64,000 nucleotides of DNA from Podarcis muralis (taxonomy: Eukaryota), in contig NC_135663.1 in NCBI RefSeq assembly GCF_964188315.1, positions 49,910,001-49,974,000 on the forward strand. The letters run 5' to 3'. The notes under the pieces are model-generated. The model did no database searches. It was given only the letters and a program-made list of their open reading frames with translations, and was not told where the DNA came from. Shown in pieces: positions 10,351-24,654 of the stretch. Position 1 is the first letter of the stretch, and the number at the start of each line of letters is the position of its first letter. A program made the translations under genes and the position numbers.

Positions 10351-12912
10351 TCCATGTGTCTGAACTGAGGAATTACTTCCTCTGTTTCTGTATTGTCTGA
10401 GTTTCAGTTTATTGGCGCTCATCTAGTTCTTTACTGCAGTCAGACACAAGCTCAGCATGTCCGCTGCTTTACCTATCTGAGATTTACAAGTGAAACAGAG
10501 TTGAGTGTCGTCTGCATATAGATGACAATGCACTCCAAAACTCCAGATGATAAGAATGAACTCAGTACAATCCCCATACTGGAGGTTTCATGGGCCAGGT
10601 ACCTGCCAGGTACCATCTTCTGGATTAACCCACCCAGGCTGAAGCAAAATCACTGAAAAGCAGTACTTCCCACCCCCTGCTCTGACAACCTACCCAGAAG
10701 GAAACCATGATTGATATTTTTTTTCAAAACTGACAGATCTAGGATGATCAATAACAGGTCACATCCCTTCTGTCTCTTTTCCAACATAGCTCATCATACA
10801 GAGTGATCAAGTGCTAAAGTGGAGGCTAAACTCTGATTAAAAAGGGACCAGAAAGTCATTCTGATTCAAAAGCACCTGGAGTTGGTCAGCAATCACCCAC
10901 TCAAAAAGCCCAGGAAGGGACTGTTGCCAACCAGCCTGCAATTATTTGTACTTAGGTTGTGAGGCTGTTAAAAACAGCCTATGAAAGCAGCACGGAGTAG
11001 CTGCCACTTGATGAGAGAAAAAAGGAAGTAGCCTTTGCATGCATGTTTATACTATCACACCAAAGGGCTCCATTCACCTACATTATCATTATTAAACTGA
11101 GCTGTAAAAGCTCAGTTTTCTATTTTAAGTTAACTTTCAAAATATGTAAGCAGTTCAGACTTCAGGTTGCTAAGTCACAGAGGAGCAGAGTGTTGCATTC
11201 ACCTGCATTAATCACTAGGGGTCTTGTTAATAATTCTCTCAGGCACTAAGTCTTATTTTCTACCATTGGGATCTATGAGAAAAGTGATAACATAGGCCTT
11301 CATGAAAAATAATGTGAGTAATTAATCAAAACCTTGTGAAAGGAAAGGATGGGGGTTTTGAGCATCTTGTATGCAATGCAAGTCATCTGCATTGTTCTGT
11401 ATTCCATGTGCAGGAAGAATCAAACCAGTTTAGGAAAAGTGTTTCACCGTGATAAATTTTGTCTTTAATCGTGCTTAGAAAGTTTTGTATAAGTTTATCC
11501 TCATACCAAACTATAAGAAATTCTCATAATTGCACATAATTTTGCCTGGAAAAGAATGGCAAATTAATGACTATACCATCCATTTCCCCTTACATATTTT
11601 ACATGTGCTGCAAACCTGTAAATCCTGAGAAAGATACATTATCTATAATTCTCCTTAGGGTAGATTGTCTGCGGTGTGCAAGAGGAGAAGGGGAAGAGCT
11701 CCTATTATTGCTAATAGGTGCTATTGTGGCTAATTTCAGGCACCCTGTACTAGGAACATAATAATTTGTGTGGGCTTTCTGCCATAAAAATATAACTCTA
11801 TATGAGATACAAAAGCAGTCCTATTTTCTACTGAAGTGCATTGTTGATAATATTATTTCAGTTCCCTAACATTTGGTCTGGTCTCTATTTGTTTCTTCAG
11901 AGAAACAGCAATCTGTGTGAATACCACTATAATAAAGCATGTCAACCTTTAAGTATCCTCTGTTCAAACTTGTCTTTTGTCAGTTATATGAAAATTGCTC
12001 TTCTCTTGTGGTGAATTTTTCCAGGGTTAGCATTTAGACTTTAATAGCTAATGTATAGACTTGAATGTTCTAGTGCTCCTATGAGAGGCACGTTGAAAGA
12101 TAACTATTCATAACTGTCTATCCTTTTGGGAAAGAGAGGAGGTTCCTTGGATATGCTGTTTCCTAACAAAACCAATACAATCATTTCTTTTCATAAAACG
12201 GAGGAGTAGAAAGTTACCTTACATCTGCCAGGGATAAAGCCATAGTATTTTTTCCCCTTGTTAGCATGTGCTGTATGCTTTCCTATGTATGCACTCACTT
12301 TCACAGGTCTCTGTTAAAATGTCACCTATTGTTAGTGTGGCTAGACTGCAGTTGCTACACTGAATATATTCTTAGCATCATAAAGTGGAACAAGGCATTG
12401 TATGGCAATGGTTATTAAGGTATTTAGAAAAAAATATTTTCTGACTTATAATCTGCAAAATGTTCCTCTGAGTAAAAGCTTTGCTGCTTGAAATCCTTGA
12501 CTTCACGGGCTGAGCAAAAGACAGGTGGGTGTTAAAGGTGCACACCTTTGGCAGGAACCAACCATAATTTCTGTTAAAGTGTTCAAAAGGGTGGTTTCCA
12601 AGTGCAAAAACATATATACTGGCAACTCATCCACCTGTAAATGGTCGAAATTTATTGTGGATTTCTTATACTAGTTCAACACTAACAAAAGTAGAAAAGC
12701 GTGGTTTAAATCATTTCCTGAATTCTTTAATTTTCTTATATTGATGAGGAACAGAATATTTGTAGCAATTTATAGAACCTAGGTTGCATCTTCTGGATGT
12801 TTTTATAGCATTGTACATGTGAATTAACATATCAAGTAAATCTGTTGTATACGTATTTATTATAACATGCCATGTATAGATTAAGTGTGTGTGTGTGTAT
12901 TCAATATAATTG

Positions 12913-13036
12913 AATTCAATATAAACTTTGTATATATAATGATGATAGATTTTGTAAGGATAGATTTTGTAATGATAGATTTTAAAATTATTATATATAA
13001 TTTTAAAATCTATCATTACAAAGTTTATATTGAATT
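12913..13036. repeat. AT-rich palindrome with a locally duplicated left arm
   Basis: Perfect 26-bp arms 12966-12991 / 12997-13022. Outer segment 12913-12932 pairs with 13017-13036. Confidence 0.9.
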
Positions 13037-14500
13037 ACAGTGTGTCGTATTTTATGTCCATGGTATAGTCTTTTGCGTATGCACTTCCAGTTACAGGAGG
13101 ATACTTTCATTTGCATATATTTACTCAGAAGTAAGCCATAGTAGTTTCAGTGGCCTGGATCCAGTGATGTACAAGAAGAGCACTTCTACTTGCATAATGC
13201 AGGCTTGCCAAATCCCTCCAATTTTCTTGTCTTCCTGTAAGCCTTTTCCTGGAATAGGTAACAATAATGGGACACCTTCCAAGTTTAACAAAGAGAAATA
13301 GATCTTGTATGGGGGGCTGGGGAAGGTTTGCCTGTAACAATTGTAGGATAGAAATCCATCAAGAAAAGCTTTCCCAGCATGCAGTGCAGTAGAAAGCTTT
13401 TGCCTGTTTTGTCTCCTGTTGAAGGTGCAGGATGGCAGAGAAAATGTGACAACAAAAGATGCAAAGCCGTGTCAGAAGTGACTTGAGAAGCAGGAACATT
13501 TTTCATATTTATCACACAGTAGAATTTGAAGCTGTGTTAGGACTCTATCAAATTACTCCTGACTGTGTATGAGGATGAGAAATCTACAGTTGGAAAGTGT
13601 CCTAGCCATTTGCAGTTTGGGATGAAATGGCTAAGGGCCAAACTAGATACATGAATTGTGTGGCTGCACTTCACACTTCTAATTTTTTAAAAAAGCAGTT
13701 GGGGGAAATAAGATTAGTGCAGGGAGAAGTTTTAATCCCTTCTTCCCCAACTGTGGACCAGACAAAAATAAATAAATCCCACTCCTGAAACCACAACCGA
13801 GGAAGGGAAATGGCTATAGGTGGGCAATTTTCATCGGCACCACAGCCAACACATGACTTCATGTGAACATTCCTAAAGACCCTTTTCTTACAAAACAAAA
13901 CAAAAACTATTTCATTTTACTGCATTTCAGTTTGCAATTCCCAACAACATTACTCAAATCTAATCCTTGTTCTGAAAATCAGATTTAACTGTGCGTTATA
14001 ATGAAAACGGTCATTGTTAAAGTGTCACTAAATATGCATAAAAGGAGAAATGTTTTCAAAGAAACAGAAAATGTGAATCATAAAATATTGCAGGCCCAGT
14101 TTAAAAAAATAAACAATTTTTCTCTGCTTTTCAGCACACTTATTTAAATACTGGCATAACCTGTAGTTAATAATTTAGACATACATATTCATTGTTTCAG
14201 CATTGTAGCAATATTCCTTCTAAGAAGTCCCAGTTAATGTTTTTGATGATGGACTTACTTTTAAACTTAGTTCTGAAGAACAAATATTGTGGCTTCCTAA
14301 TCTGCTCTGCTATTAACATGCTGTTTATATGCAAGAGGCTACTCTTTCAAAAACAAACTCTGAACTATTTTGTGTTGTGATTTTTGTATGTGTTTTCATG
14401 TATTCCTCTGACCTTCATTGCCTCAGGGAAATAAACTAGTCAGTCTAGAAATCAAGAGTGTCAGTACCTGTGTCCTGAAGCTACTGGGTGAATATATATA

Positions 14501-14917
14501 CAGGTAACTTGCAACTTATTGCTTATTTAACTTACTCAATCACAGGTCTGCAGGGGAGGGGAATAACTACCGGTAAATGGAGAGTAGTGGAAACCCAGTC
14601 TCCAGTTATTTCCCTACACACACCTGTGCAAATCTTCAATTGCAGGCTTACCTGACTTTGGGAAGACTGCACAAGGGCTCTGGCAGCATCCCAGAGCTCT
14701 CCTGCCTCCTTCCCAAAGCTGGGTATTCACTTACAGGGCCTTGGAGATGCAGGGGGAGGCTTTGGGACACTGCCAGAGACTTCATGCCACCTTCTGGAAG
14801 CCAGGTAGCCCCCCACCTTGCAGGGGGGCCAGTTCTGGGGATTCCTGGCTTCATGTGTTTTTGCATATACACGTGGACCCCCGGAACCGAACCCTCACAT
14901 AAGGTGTGAGTTACCTG
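14501..14917. mobile_element. Tc1/mariner-type MITE
   Basis: TA-flanked TIRs CAGGTAACTTGCAACTTA / TAAGGTGTGAGTTACCTG. A related copy lies at about 23119-23520. Confidence 0.72.
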
Positions 14918-17680
14918 TATTGCAAGAACTGAGGTTTGGACTGTTTGTTCAACATCCTGGGACTCTGTTGAAATAGTTTATAACATCTGTACATTTCATG
15001 TACAATAATGACAGTTGTTTTGTTCCAAGTGTCAGGTTGTGGTAAGTTTGTACTTAATGTAGAAGCTCTTTTTGTAGGAAAGAGTGGAGTGTTTGAAAAA
15101 GAAAGACTGTAACAGTCTTTCCCCTTCTATATCAGGATTTGACCCCAGGACCTATACTAGTGTGGTTTAGAACAGGCCAGTTCCTACTTAATGAAGAAGG
15201 ACAGCAGGAGGCATTTTCATTCATTCTCTCCTTTGTAGCTAATGGTAGCCTAGTATCCTAGAGAGTTGTCATCCATGTTCCTTAGTCCAATATCAAAACC
15301 TGAACCAGAAGTGCAAGTGCATTGACTCAGCATACAAGGGGTTAGTGTACAAGGCAGGCCATTGTTTTTTAAAACAACATTACTGCTAGGCTTAAAAAAA
15401 ATAATGACCGTAATGAGAAGGAAGTTGGAAGTTGACGGGTAAGATGGTCAGCACTTCATGATCTTACTGCTTCTTAGTGGAAATTGAAAAAATGAGAAAG
15501 GCACTTGGATGTGTTGCTGAACAAAGACAGAAAATAGCAGGGTCAGATGCAGTTACTCTTCATTAAGGTGCATTGGTACAACAACAACAACAAAGTACCA
15601 CTTTCTTCTGGAACAAAAGAGTATATTCAGGATACACATCGGTAGCTGAAAAATTAATTCCTTGATTCAATTAATGTCAAAATAAGAAATCATAAAATGA
15701 AAAATGGGTTAATGAAAACATGCTGAAATATGTTATTCTAGCAACTGTATTACAGGCTTAGAGACCTTTACCGGAGCAAATTCTTTCATTTGTTCAGATG
15801 TTTTTCAGGGGCTTAGGTTGCTTTTATATTTGCAGAGGTCCCATTAAGATCCCACTGGGTATTGGGAAGTGGTCCAAAAACTGCCTCACCATTTGAATTC
15901 CTAAACTCTGCATGTGTGAGTGTCTTAATGTATGAAGCTGATTGCAATACTTCAGATGTACTGTATGCAACTCTATTCCAATTTGTTTTTCAACTAAGCA
16001 TTTGACATGTTACATTGTGTTAAATCCCAGTTTAATGTAAAGTGACTTCCTGTGTCCGATAAGAAACACATTTTCAAGGGAATGCCAAGTACTCTTATGT
16101 TATTTCTATTAAATTAGCAGGCAGTTCCTTCTGTATTAGAAAGATTATTTGCCAGAAAGTAGTGCTGGCTCTGTTGATGTAATAGGCATATTCTGGTATG
16201 TAATTTCATCTCTTCTAAACAGGACAGCATAGTTACATAATTGAAACTGAACATGATGTAAGCAAACATATGAACACACTTCAGAAATGCCTAAAATATA
16301 GGGTGAATAATACCACATTCAGAAGCTCAGGAAGTTATTTTTAGAGACCTACAGTTACCTTATTAAACAAGGGGAAATGGTTTAATCTTGGGAGTAAATA
16401 CTGTGAATTACATGTAATTTCCCTTAGAGCAAGATATGTTACTTTGTCTATCGAGATTCTGCTGTGTGTTTTGCACAGGTAATTCCTGACAGTTGCTTCT
16501 CTGTGCCATTAAAATATCAATGGCAGTTGGCAGTAAATGAAGGGGGAGAAAACAGAAATCCACAGAAAAGATTAGTAATATCTAAAAGTGGTTTAGGGTT
16601 CCTAGTGGGATTCCTCCCTCTTTTAACAACAAAGTGCACAGGGCAAGAATATGCATGGCTTACTTTGTCTTCTTATTTCTTTTGATCTGAAAGAACAATC
16701 AGATAAGGGTGATTTCTGAAGACAGTTCAGAATGAACAGATTTCAGTTGCCCCCAGTGATAACCATCATTGTCAACAGGAGGCATTCCAGGTACTGTCAC
16801 TAGAGCCTTCAGTGTTCAGAGGCTGAGCATTTTATCTTTTTTATTTTTAAAAACTACTGCTGGGAACTCTCTTTATAGCCTGCACTGGCTGATGAGTATT
16901 TAGAGGATGAATAAACCTTGAAGGGGAATAAAGCCTGAGCTTCAGAGACTATCAATGAATACCAGAGAGAGAGAATAATTTAAGGTTAAGGTGGGAAATC
17001 TCATACACAGAAAAAAGGCAAAGCCTGTGTCAAGTGGCAGAATAAATAATCTAGTGTTATGCAGGACACAAAATATCTTATTCAGGGTTTGGTTGACATT
17101 TTTTTGAACCTCTTACTTCAAATTTGAAAGGAAGAAGAAGATGGAGATTCACTGATAGAGTGATGTTTATCCACATACTTGATGCAGATTGTCAAGGGTC
17201 AGAAGAACTGAGAAGATTGAATAGAGAAGGGTGTTACTAGTCATAATAGAACACTCTTATCTTAGCTGTACCAAAGGACTTTCTTGTGCTAGGCATTCAC
17301 GGTGTAATAAACTCCTCCTCACTTTGTCAAGTCCAAAGTTCTATGACACCACCATCTTTATAGTAAGAATAGTGACTAATCTGGAATTGAGCAAGATATT
17401 GCAGTACTTATCACTTATTTTGATTTGGCATTTTTTGTTGCTAATTCTTTGCAAAGCTAATAGAAATGTATAACATAAGAGATTAAATACGGGGGGGGTG
17501 GGGGGTGTCAGCTCTGTATTCTTCCCAGACTGCAAGGCAAATAATGGGTGATTTGGATGACCTACTCACATTCTAAAATCAGATTGTGCCATTAACAAGT
17601 TATCTTGAATGGGATACTAAATACTGTTTTGTCTGTATACTCAGGTGCCATCAAATGCTTAACATTTAAGGCAAGTGCTA

Positions 17681-17681
<1 letters not shown>

Positions 17682-17730
<49 letters not shown>
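17682..17730. repeat. (ATT)n microsatellite
   Basis: About 16 perfect ATT units. Confidence 0.95.
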
Positions 17731-17733
<3 letters not shown>

Positions 17734-18633
17734 GTCAAGCCATGATGACCAGGAAAATGCACTATGCTTGAGTGGGGAGGAAGTGGAAAAGTGAGGGAAT
17801 CTTTCATTTTGATGGACAAGTCAATTGTCAACTGAGAGATCTCTCTCACCCAGGAAAAAGAGGCTGTATCCACAAAAATACACTTGCCATCAACTACTCT
17901 TGGGGTAATAGGGTTTGTGTTGTGGGATGATGTTTACCCCCACCATCTTTCCTGGGAAATTTATCCTCTTAAAAAAAACACCCTTCCCTAATGCATACCA
18001 CTGGAGTAGGGTTTGAATCCCTAAAAATTCCTAGTTTGAGGGAGAAGTAGAATTTTTCTCCCTCTGCTTGTCAAATTATCAATCTAATGATTAGGAGGGG
18101 TGATTTGCATTCTCATTCAGGGTGCTGGGTTGAGGAGAGAAATTTAAGCCACCACTGTGCTGTGGTGTTTTACTTTGTCTTGGGTTTTTGTTACTGGCAG
18201 CACCAGAATTGGTGTATTTCCAGGGGCCAGAAAAAAATGGCTTGCAGGTGTGGTTCAGGCCCCTGGGCTAGGGTTTAGCCAACCCTGTCTAAAGACTGCA
18301 ATGGACAGTCAAATGCCAAGCAAAATCAGCTCTTCTTGTAATTGAGATAGTGTGGACCAGGGTAAGAAATAGAATATAGTTTAACAAGCACTCAGGACTT
18401 TTGGTGGAGGTGAAGTGATTGCCTCCATGCAGTCTCTCGGTGCTAAGGCAGCTGTGAATGGCTGAAGGAATCTTTGGGACCATTTGGTCTCCAGGTACCC
18501 AGCATTGTTTTGTCTCTGGGGCTGGCAGAATATTTAAGCATTTAAGCACAATACTGAGAGGTCCATTGGTGTGACTCAGTATAAAGCAGCTCCTTATGTT
18601 ATAAAGATTGTATTGAGGGAGGTTTGTAGGATT

Positions 18634-19414
18634 TGTTGTTGTTGGCATCTGTCTGTCTCAAGAGACAATGGAGTGTGCCTCGGGAGGTGAAGTCAAACCA
18701 CTGGGAAATCACGGCACCTGATGTTACATCAGAGATGGTAACTCATAGTTGCTGCCTCCCGCATTTTTTTTGCTGAAAGCAGCACCGAAGTGATATCTCC
18801 GGGGTGCAAGCCTGGACCGTGTGTATGGAGGTCCTGGGCTGCCCAGATGACAATATCTCCCTCTCGTCCTCACTGATGTGGTCCAAAAGAAAGCAGACCA
18901 AATACATTTTGTAGCAGCTTGGCTGCAGGAGTTGGCGGGAGGACGTGTACAAGAAGGCATCCAACAGCCTCCGGATTTGTGTAGGGTTTACTCTTTAGCT
19001 TTTTCTTCTCTCAGAGATGTTCCCATGGGGTTTACTCCTGAAGCTGGTGGGGTTTATGCCATATGGTGTGTTAGAGGAGGGGTAGTACCTCTGGTGTGGA
19101 GGAAGTCATGCTGCTTCTGGAGTAGTTTGTCCACCTTTGATCCTCATCCTGCACTCCACATGTGACAACAACCACATCCCAGCTTCAAATGGCCAGCTAA
19201 ACCAGATGAGGGTAGCCAATGGATCTCAGACCCTCCGTGAGTTAGGAACTTTCATTGCATGCAAAGATAGGCTCTGGTGGATTGAGCGACGAGACTAGTA
19301 GTGAGTCCAGCAATAAAGAAGGGAAGTGAGGAGCAGATGGGGCTTGTCAACCTGGGAAGGTAGCCCATCTAGGTGGAGGAAAGATCTGATCCTAAAATTC
19401 TACTGCCTTGTGGC
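18634..19414 (-). mobile_element. Non-autonomous RTE-derived element, copy A, with its 5' part inverted
   Basis: (CAA)n tail at 18634-18644. The 3' part lies on minus (18634-19043) and the 5' part on plus (19065-19414). TSD tttgtaggatt (18623-18633) / ttggtaggatt (19415-19425). Confidence 0.8.
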
Positions 19415-21569
19415 TTGGTAGGATTAACCACACTGCTGTAGTGGAGTTGGGGCTACCCTGTAACCCTGTAGCAGATCTTTCAGCTGGAGCTGCAAAGTAC
19501 CTTACTACATAATGCTTTAGAAAATAAAATATACATACTTATTAAAATTAAAATAGAATTTAGTCCAAAAGGTAATTTTAAAAACTACTTCTATCTTAAT
19601 TTTCTCTCCCCTGGGGGACTAATAATCATTAGGAATCTGATTAGTTTATGAACTAAGATACATTTTCATTGAATAATCAGTAGTACTGATACCACTTCTT
19701 AATGCTGTTTGCCCACAGGTATTTAGTCTGGAATCTATTTAAACATGCCACTGTATCTCACTAAATCATGAGTCATTATAGCAGTCTACAACTCCCTGCT
19801 GTTCAGTATATTATATGTTAGCGTGAAAGAAGTGTATAGAATAGACTTTGGCTCTGAGAGGCTGGATGGAGGTTTTCACTACCATCAGAGTACTGAAGAA
19901 TTGGAACATTTTACACTTACCTCTTGCCCCTAGAGCCACAGTCATGCAGACATATAAAAGTGTAATATCAGTTAGATTGTCTAGTTCATGTGAGACAGTG
20001 GTTTAACAACATATGACAAACTGATCAACAGAATCAAAGAGAGAACATTTTAAAGGCACACTCATTTCCTTTAATTATTGGGAACACTCTCAAACACATA
20101 TTCACAACCATTACAGTTCTTCTGAATGTTTGGCCATGTTGCAGTAGTTAAACCTGTAGTATAGCCTATTGCTTAAATTGTTAATATTTATAAGTTTATG
20201 AATGTTGCTTATAGTTCCCCCACAGCTTTTCTAGCCAAGCTGACTAAAATTACCTGCTTTGTTCATAATCTAATTCCTTTGTTGCTTTATTTGAAACATG
20301 GCAGAACCACACATGGGCATCAGTGCCTATACCATGCAATTCCTGTTAAAGGTGTAGAATAATGTGAGGATGAGAATCTTGACACCTCATGGGAACATGA
20401 AGGTGTTGAATTGTATGTACTATACACGGTCTGTTGTCAACACCCAGCAATATCCCACATTTAATTGCTTATATTTCTCATATATCACACCTCTGCTCTC
20501 AGCTTCATTTATAAATCATTGCAGTGCTCTCTGAAGGGGTTTCGCTTGTGTGTGTGTTTTCTCTGATTTGCCAGTGCAGAGCCTGCTGTGACATAATATC
20601 TTTGTGTGAATTTCCTTTACTGGTGTCAATTACAGTCTAGAAACATTGTATTACATAAACAGATATGTGAAACAGGATGAGAGGGCAGTGAACTTGCATT
20701 CTGCTCAGAAGTCTTTGAGAAGTCTACAGGTGTTGATTTTAGACACTTCTTCAAAGATATTAAAGTAATGGATTAGTAAGCAGTGTTAATAGGAAGAGGC
20801 ATTTCAAGTTGTACATCCTGAAACACAAATGTGTATATACATAAACACTACACAATGGACCAATTGTTAAACAAAATGAACCTCTGGCTAGAAGTTAATT
20901 TCACTAATGATTCACTGTGTGGATTCAGAGAAAACAAGTATTTCACAAATTAATTTTATGTCATGGGCTGTTCCAGTGTGGTCTCATTCCATTCACAGAA
21001 AGTTGTTTTATTTGACAGAGGTTTCTATGAATGGAAGGGGAGGGAAGCTATTTTTTAAAATTCAGGTTTGTTCCCCGGATGCTACTTTTCATTCTGTTCC
21101 AAAGATTCTTCCAACCCTCTGGAGCAGATTTGGAAGATACAGAAAGAAGGATATATTGCCTCCCTGATCCTTTTAATCACATAAATCTCTTCTGGACTTG
21201 TTAAGAGAATCCTCTGTGTACAGAAGGATACAATGCAATGTGTTTACCTTTAACAAAGGGCAATATGCCATGTTGGGGCCCCAAGTGAAATGTGCTGCTG
21301 ATAATTCAGAGGAACCTTGTGCCTCAGGGACAAAATAGGCATGCCATTAAGTATGTCAAAAGGGTAATCTTCTCCCAGGTGGACTTAGAGCAGATAGGTA
21401 GCATTTTTATGCCCAGATTCCAATGCTTGTTAATCAGATGCAGGTCCCTCACTTGGCCAGACACCACAGGGAGTAGAGATTCCTGGATCTCTTTGCAGTG
21501 ACCACAGTGCATCACACGCAGGCTTGCCTTTAATCATTATTTTGAAATTTATGTTTCTACATAGTTAGG

Positions 21570-22042
21570 CTTTACTGGTATGTTTTCTGAAGATGGGAGA
21601 CAAATTGGAACATGTATAACACGCCCCCATGTATAAGATGCCCCCTATTTTGGGGAACTAAAATTAAAGAGCTTGGGGGGGGGGGAGATTGACCAGAGTT
21701 GTTGAGCTTTTTGGGGGGGGGGATGCCAAAAATCACTCAACCAACTGAAAAAAGCTAACAATCGCAAGCAACGCAAGCCAAATTGCAGAAGCAGCAGCCA
21801 ATCCAAAGCAGCCCTTGCCGCATCCACTAATAACCCACCCATTTGACAAAGCATCAGCCAATCCAAAGCAGCCCTTGCAACAGACACCATTCACCCACCC
21901 AACCACTAGATCCTGCTCGCAGATGCAACCAATTGCCCGTCCCCCACTCTGCACTACCCAAGTATAAGATGACCCCCCCCCCATTTTAAAATTTATTTTG
22001 GAGTAAAAAAAACCCTTGTCTAATACACAGAAAGGTATGGTA
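21570..22042. mobile_element. Degenerate Tc1/mariner (Tc2/pogo-like) MITE
   Basis: Two GTATAAGATG-CCCC subterminal motifs and a right end GTCTAATACACAGAAAGGTATGGTA. The left boundary is uncertain. Confidence 0.5.
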
Positions 22043-23118
22043 TATAAGGACAAGAGATGTAAGGCCTTAGAGATCTAGAGATCTATTATTATATGAAGTG
22101 TCAAATGCTTATCCTCAAATAAATTAAGGCATAGCTCAAAAAGAATGTCTTAGAGCTGTTAAGAATGCTCACTTGGATTAGTGATGCTTGGATTGGCACA
22201 GCAAGGTTTATACATGCTATGGTGAACACAAAAGGATTCATCCATGATAATACCAGAAAGAATACCCCAGGAGACAAAATATTTTCTCCTATTTTCCTTT
22301 CTAAAATAGACAGAACCCTGACCATTCAAGACTCTTCAAATTTTGGCAAGATAGGTGTGCATTTGATGAATACACAGTGATCATTATGGTGTGTATTGCT
22401 GCTATGAGACAGGTGTGTCAGACGCCTTGAGAGAGTAAAGCTCCTATCTACACTTGTAAAAGGGGAGAGAGCCCTCTTTCATTTAAAGTATAGAGAACAA
22501 AATCCTGGCATACACTTGACATATTAGCCCCATATACTTTCCATCTCTAGATTTTCCAATACTAAATGTGTGTCAGTGCACTGATCAAAACCCCTTCTTG
22601 TTTATACCTTTCTTGATGACTGAAATGCCTATGCATAGTATTATTTCTGTATGTAAAGTTATACAGTGTTGACAGATTCTATAGCTCTTCTGTGACATGG
22701 TGGCATAAAAACCTTTCTTCCATGACTACCAAAGAAATCACTGGGGTTAAATGACAGCGCTCCAAGAGTTATTTGTCTGTCACAGAGAACTGTAAATTGC
22801 AGCCTGTCTCCAGGATGGTGTTTAGACACATTCTGAGATTAATAGTTTTGCATAGATGCTTTGGGTTCCAAGAGATTTTGAGATGAGTTCCATCAAGAAG
22901 ATCCATCCAATTTGAACTCAAGTCAAGTGTTTTTGCAAAGTTTTGGATTCTTGGCAAAGATTAGATTCCAGCTTGTGGACAAAGGCCACCTTATATCTGC
23001 TATGAAAATAAAATAAAATAGTTATTTCCAAAATAATATACATTTTAAAATGGGATCTTCATTATGTCACAAAGTGTTACAGATTTCTTTTTATTTGTGT
23101 ATAAGACAATGTCACATA

Positions 23119-23520
23119 CACATAACTTGAATTTTACACTTATTTTACTTACGTGATTGCAGCTTTGTGCCGGTTGTGGTTAGTAAGTAAGCAAGCAAGT
23201 AAATAATTAAATAAAAAGAATGTGTAGGAAATCCATTCTCCATTTATTATCCGCTTCACCCATGCAAAGCTGTGACTGCATCCAAGAACCCTCACACTGC
23301 CATCCCAAAGCTGGGTAAGCGAGAAGCTGGGCTTTGGGGGATGGTGCAAGCCCTCCCACCTGCTTCCCAAAGCTGGGCAAGAGTTTACTAAGCTTTGGGA
23401 AGGTGGAGGAAGGGCTCTGCAGGATGGGAGATTCTAGAGGTTCCTGGCTTTATGCATTTTGTTTTTGTTTGTGTTTATGTATGTGAACCCCAGAACCGAA
23501 CCCTTGCGTAAGATGCTAGT
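23119..23520. mobile_element. Second, more decayed copy of the 14501-14917 MITE
   Basis: Shares TTCCCAAAGCTGGG, TTCCTGGCTT and GAACCGAACCCT blocks in the same order. Confidence 0.6.
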
Positions 23521-23773
23521 GATGCTAGTGACCAAAAAAAAAGTTAAAATAAAACACCTCTTCATGTCTTTGGTTGTACAAGTTGTGGATATGTGGCCCA
23601 GGGAGATTGCCTGATCCATTGCCACACCTAAGCCTTCACTGAAAGTCCCCAAATCAGTAAACTTGATTAGCCCTCTATATGAGGATCATGTGACAGTCAT
23701 AACTGAAATATGAAGGAAGAGTCAATTCCCCAGTTCATAAAGGTTGTTTATAGTAATGTATATGTGCAGAGAG

Positions 23774-24116
23774 GGGACGCGGGTGGCGCTGTGGGTTAAA
23801 CCACAGAGCCTAGGACTTGCCGATCAGAAGGTCGGTGGTTCAAATCCCCACGATGGGGTGAGCTCCCATTGCTCAGTCCCTGCTCCTGCCAACCTAGCAG
23901 TTCGAAAGCACAATGCAAGTAGATAAATAGGTACCACTCTGATGGGAAGGTAAACGGCTTTTCTGTGCGCTGCTCTGGTTCACCAGAAGTGGCTTCGTTA
24001 TGCTGGCCACGTGACCTGGAAGCTGTACGCTGGCTCCCTCGGCCAATAAAGCGAGATGAGCGCTGCAACCCCAGGGTCGGGCACGACTGGACCTAATGGT
24101 CAGGGGTCCCTTTACC
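23774..24116 (+). mobile_element. Sauria SINE (lacertid type)
   Basis: GGGACGCGGGTGGCGCTGTGGGTTAAACCACAGAGCC...CAGGGGTCCCTTTACC. TSD tatatgtgcaga at 23759-23770 / 24117-24128. Confidence 0.93.
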
Positions 24117-24654
24117 TATATGTGCAGAAGCCTCTGGGTAAATTAAGATGGTGGGTGCATGGGGTCTGCCCTTTGCATTATGCCCTAGTCTTTGGGAGCT
24201 TGAGGCTCACAGGGGAAGTAGGCAGTGTTCAGCCAAGAGTCTAAGACAAACAGAGAACACAAAGGACCTGGACCAGCTCCAAAGGGCCCTGCTAAGGCAA
24301 CTATTACAGTAGTTGTTGTATTTGCAGGCAGCTAGAGGCAACTGAAGCTTTGTGTATGCTGACCAGACCTGTAGTATGCTAGGTTCTGCTTCCCTGGAGG
24401 AACTGAATGGTTAGTTAAAATTTCTTCACTATTTTTTTGTAGTATTTGACTTCTTAAGGCTGAGGAGACAGTGATACCCCAGGGGAGCCATTATCTCATT
24501 CAGAGGATGGCAACTGAAGTGTGTCCTCCAGTTGGAAGGGCCATGAATAAGGTACTGGTGATTCTGCTCCCAAGGAAGCAGCCTGAACCTCATCCTTATC
24601 AGAGTCGTCCACTATGCACTGCAAGGTCTCTAGGTTACAGGATGATGATGTTGA

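Noticed and set aside
24000-24075. GGC-UCCCUCG-GCC hairpin in Sauria SINEs resembling HDV P3/L3
   Set aside because: No P1-3' strand plus GG follows, the L3 G is out of register, and no J4/2 or P2 was found.
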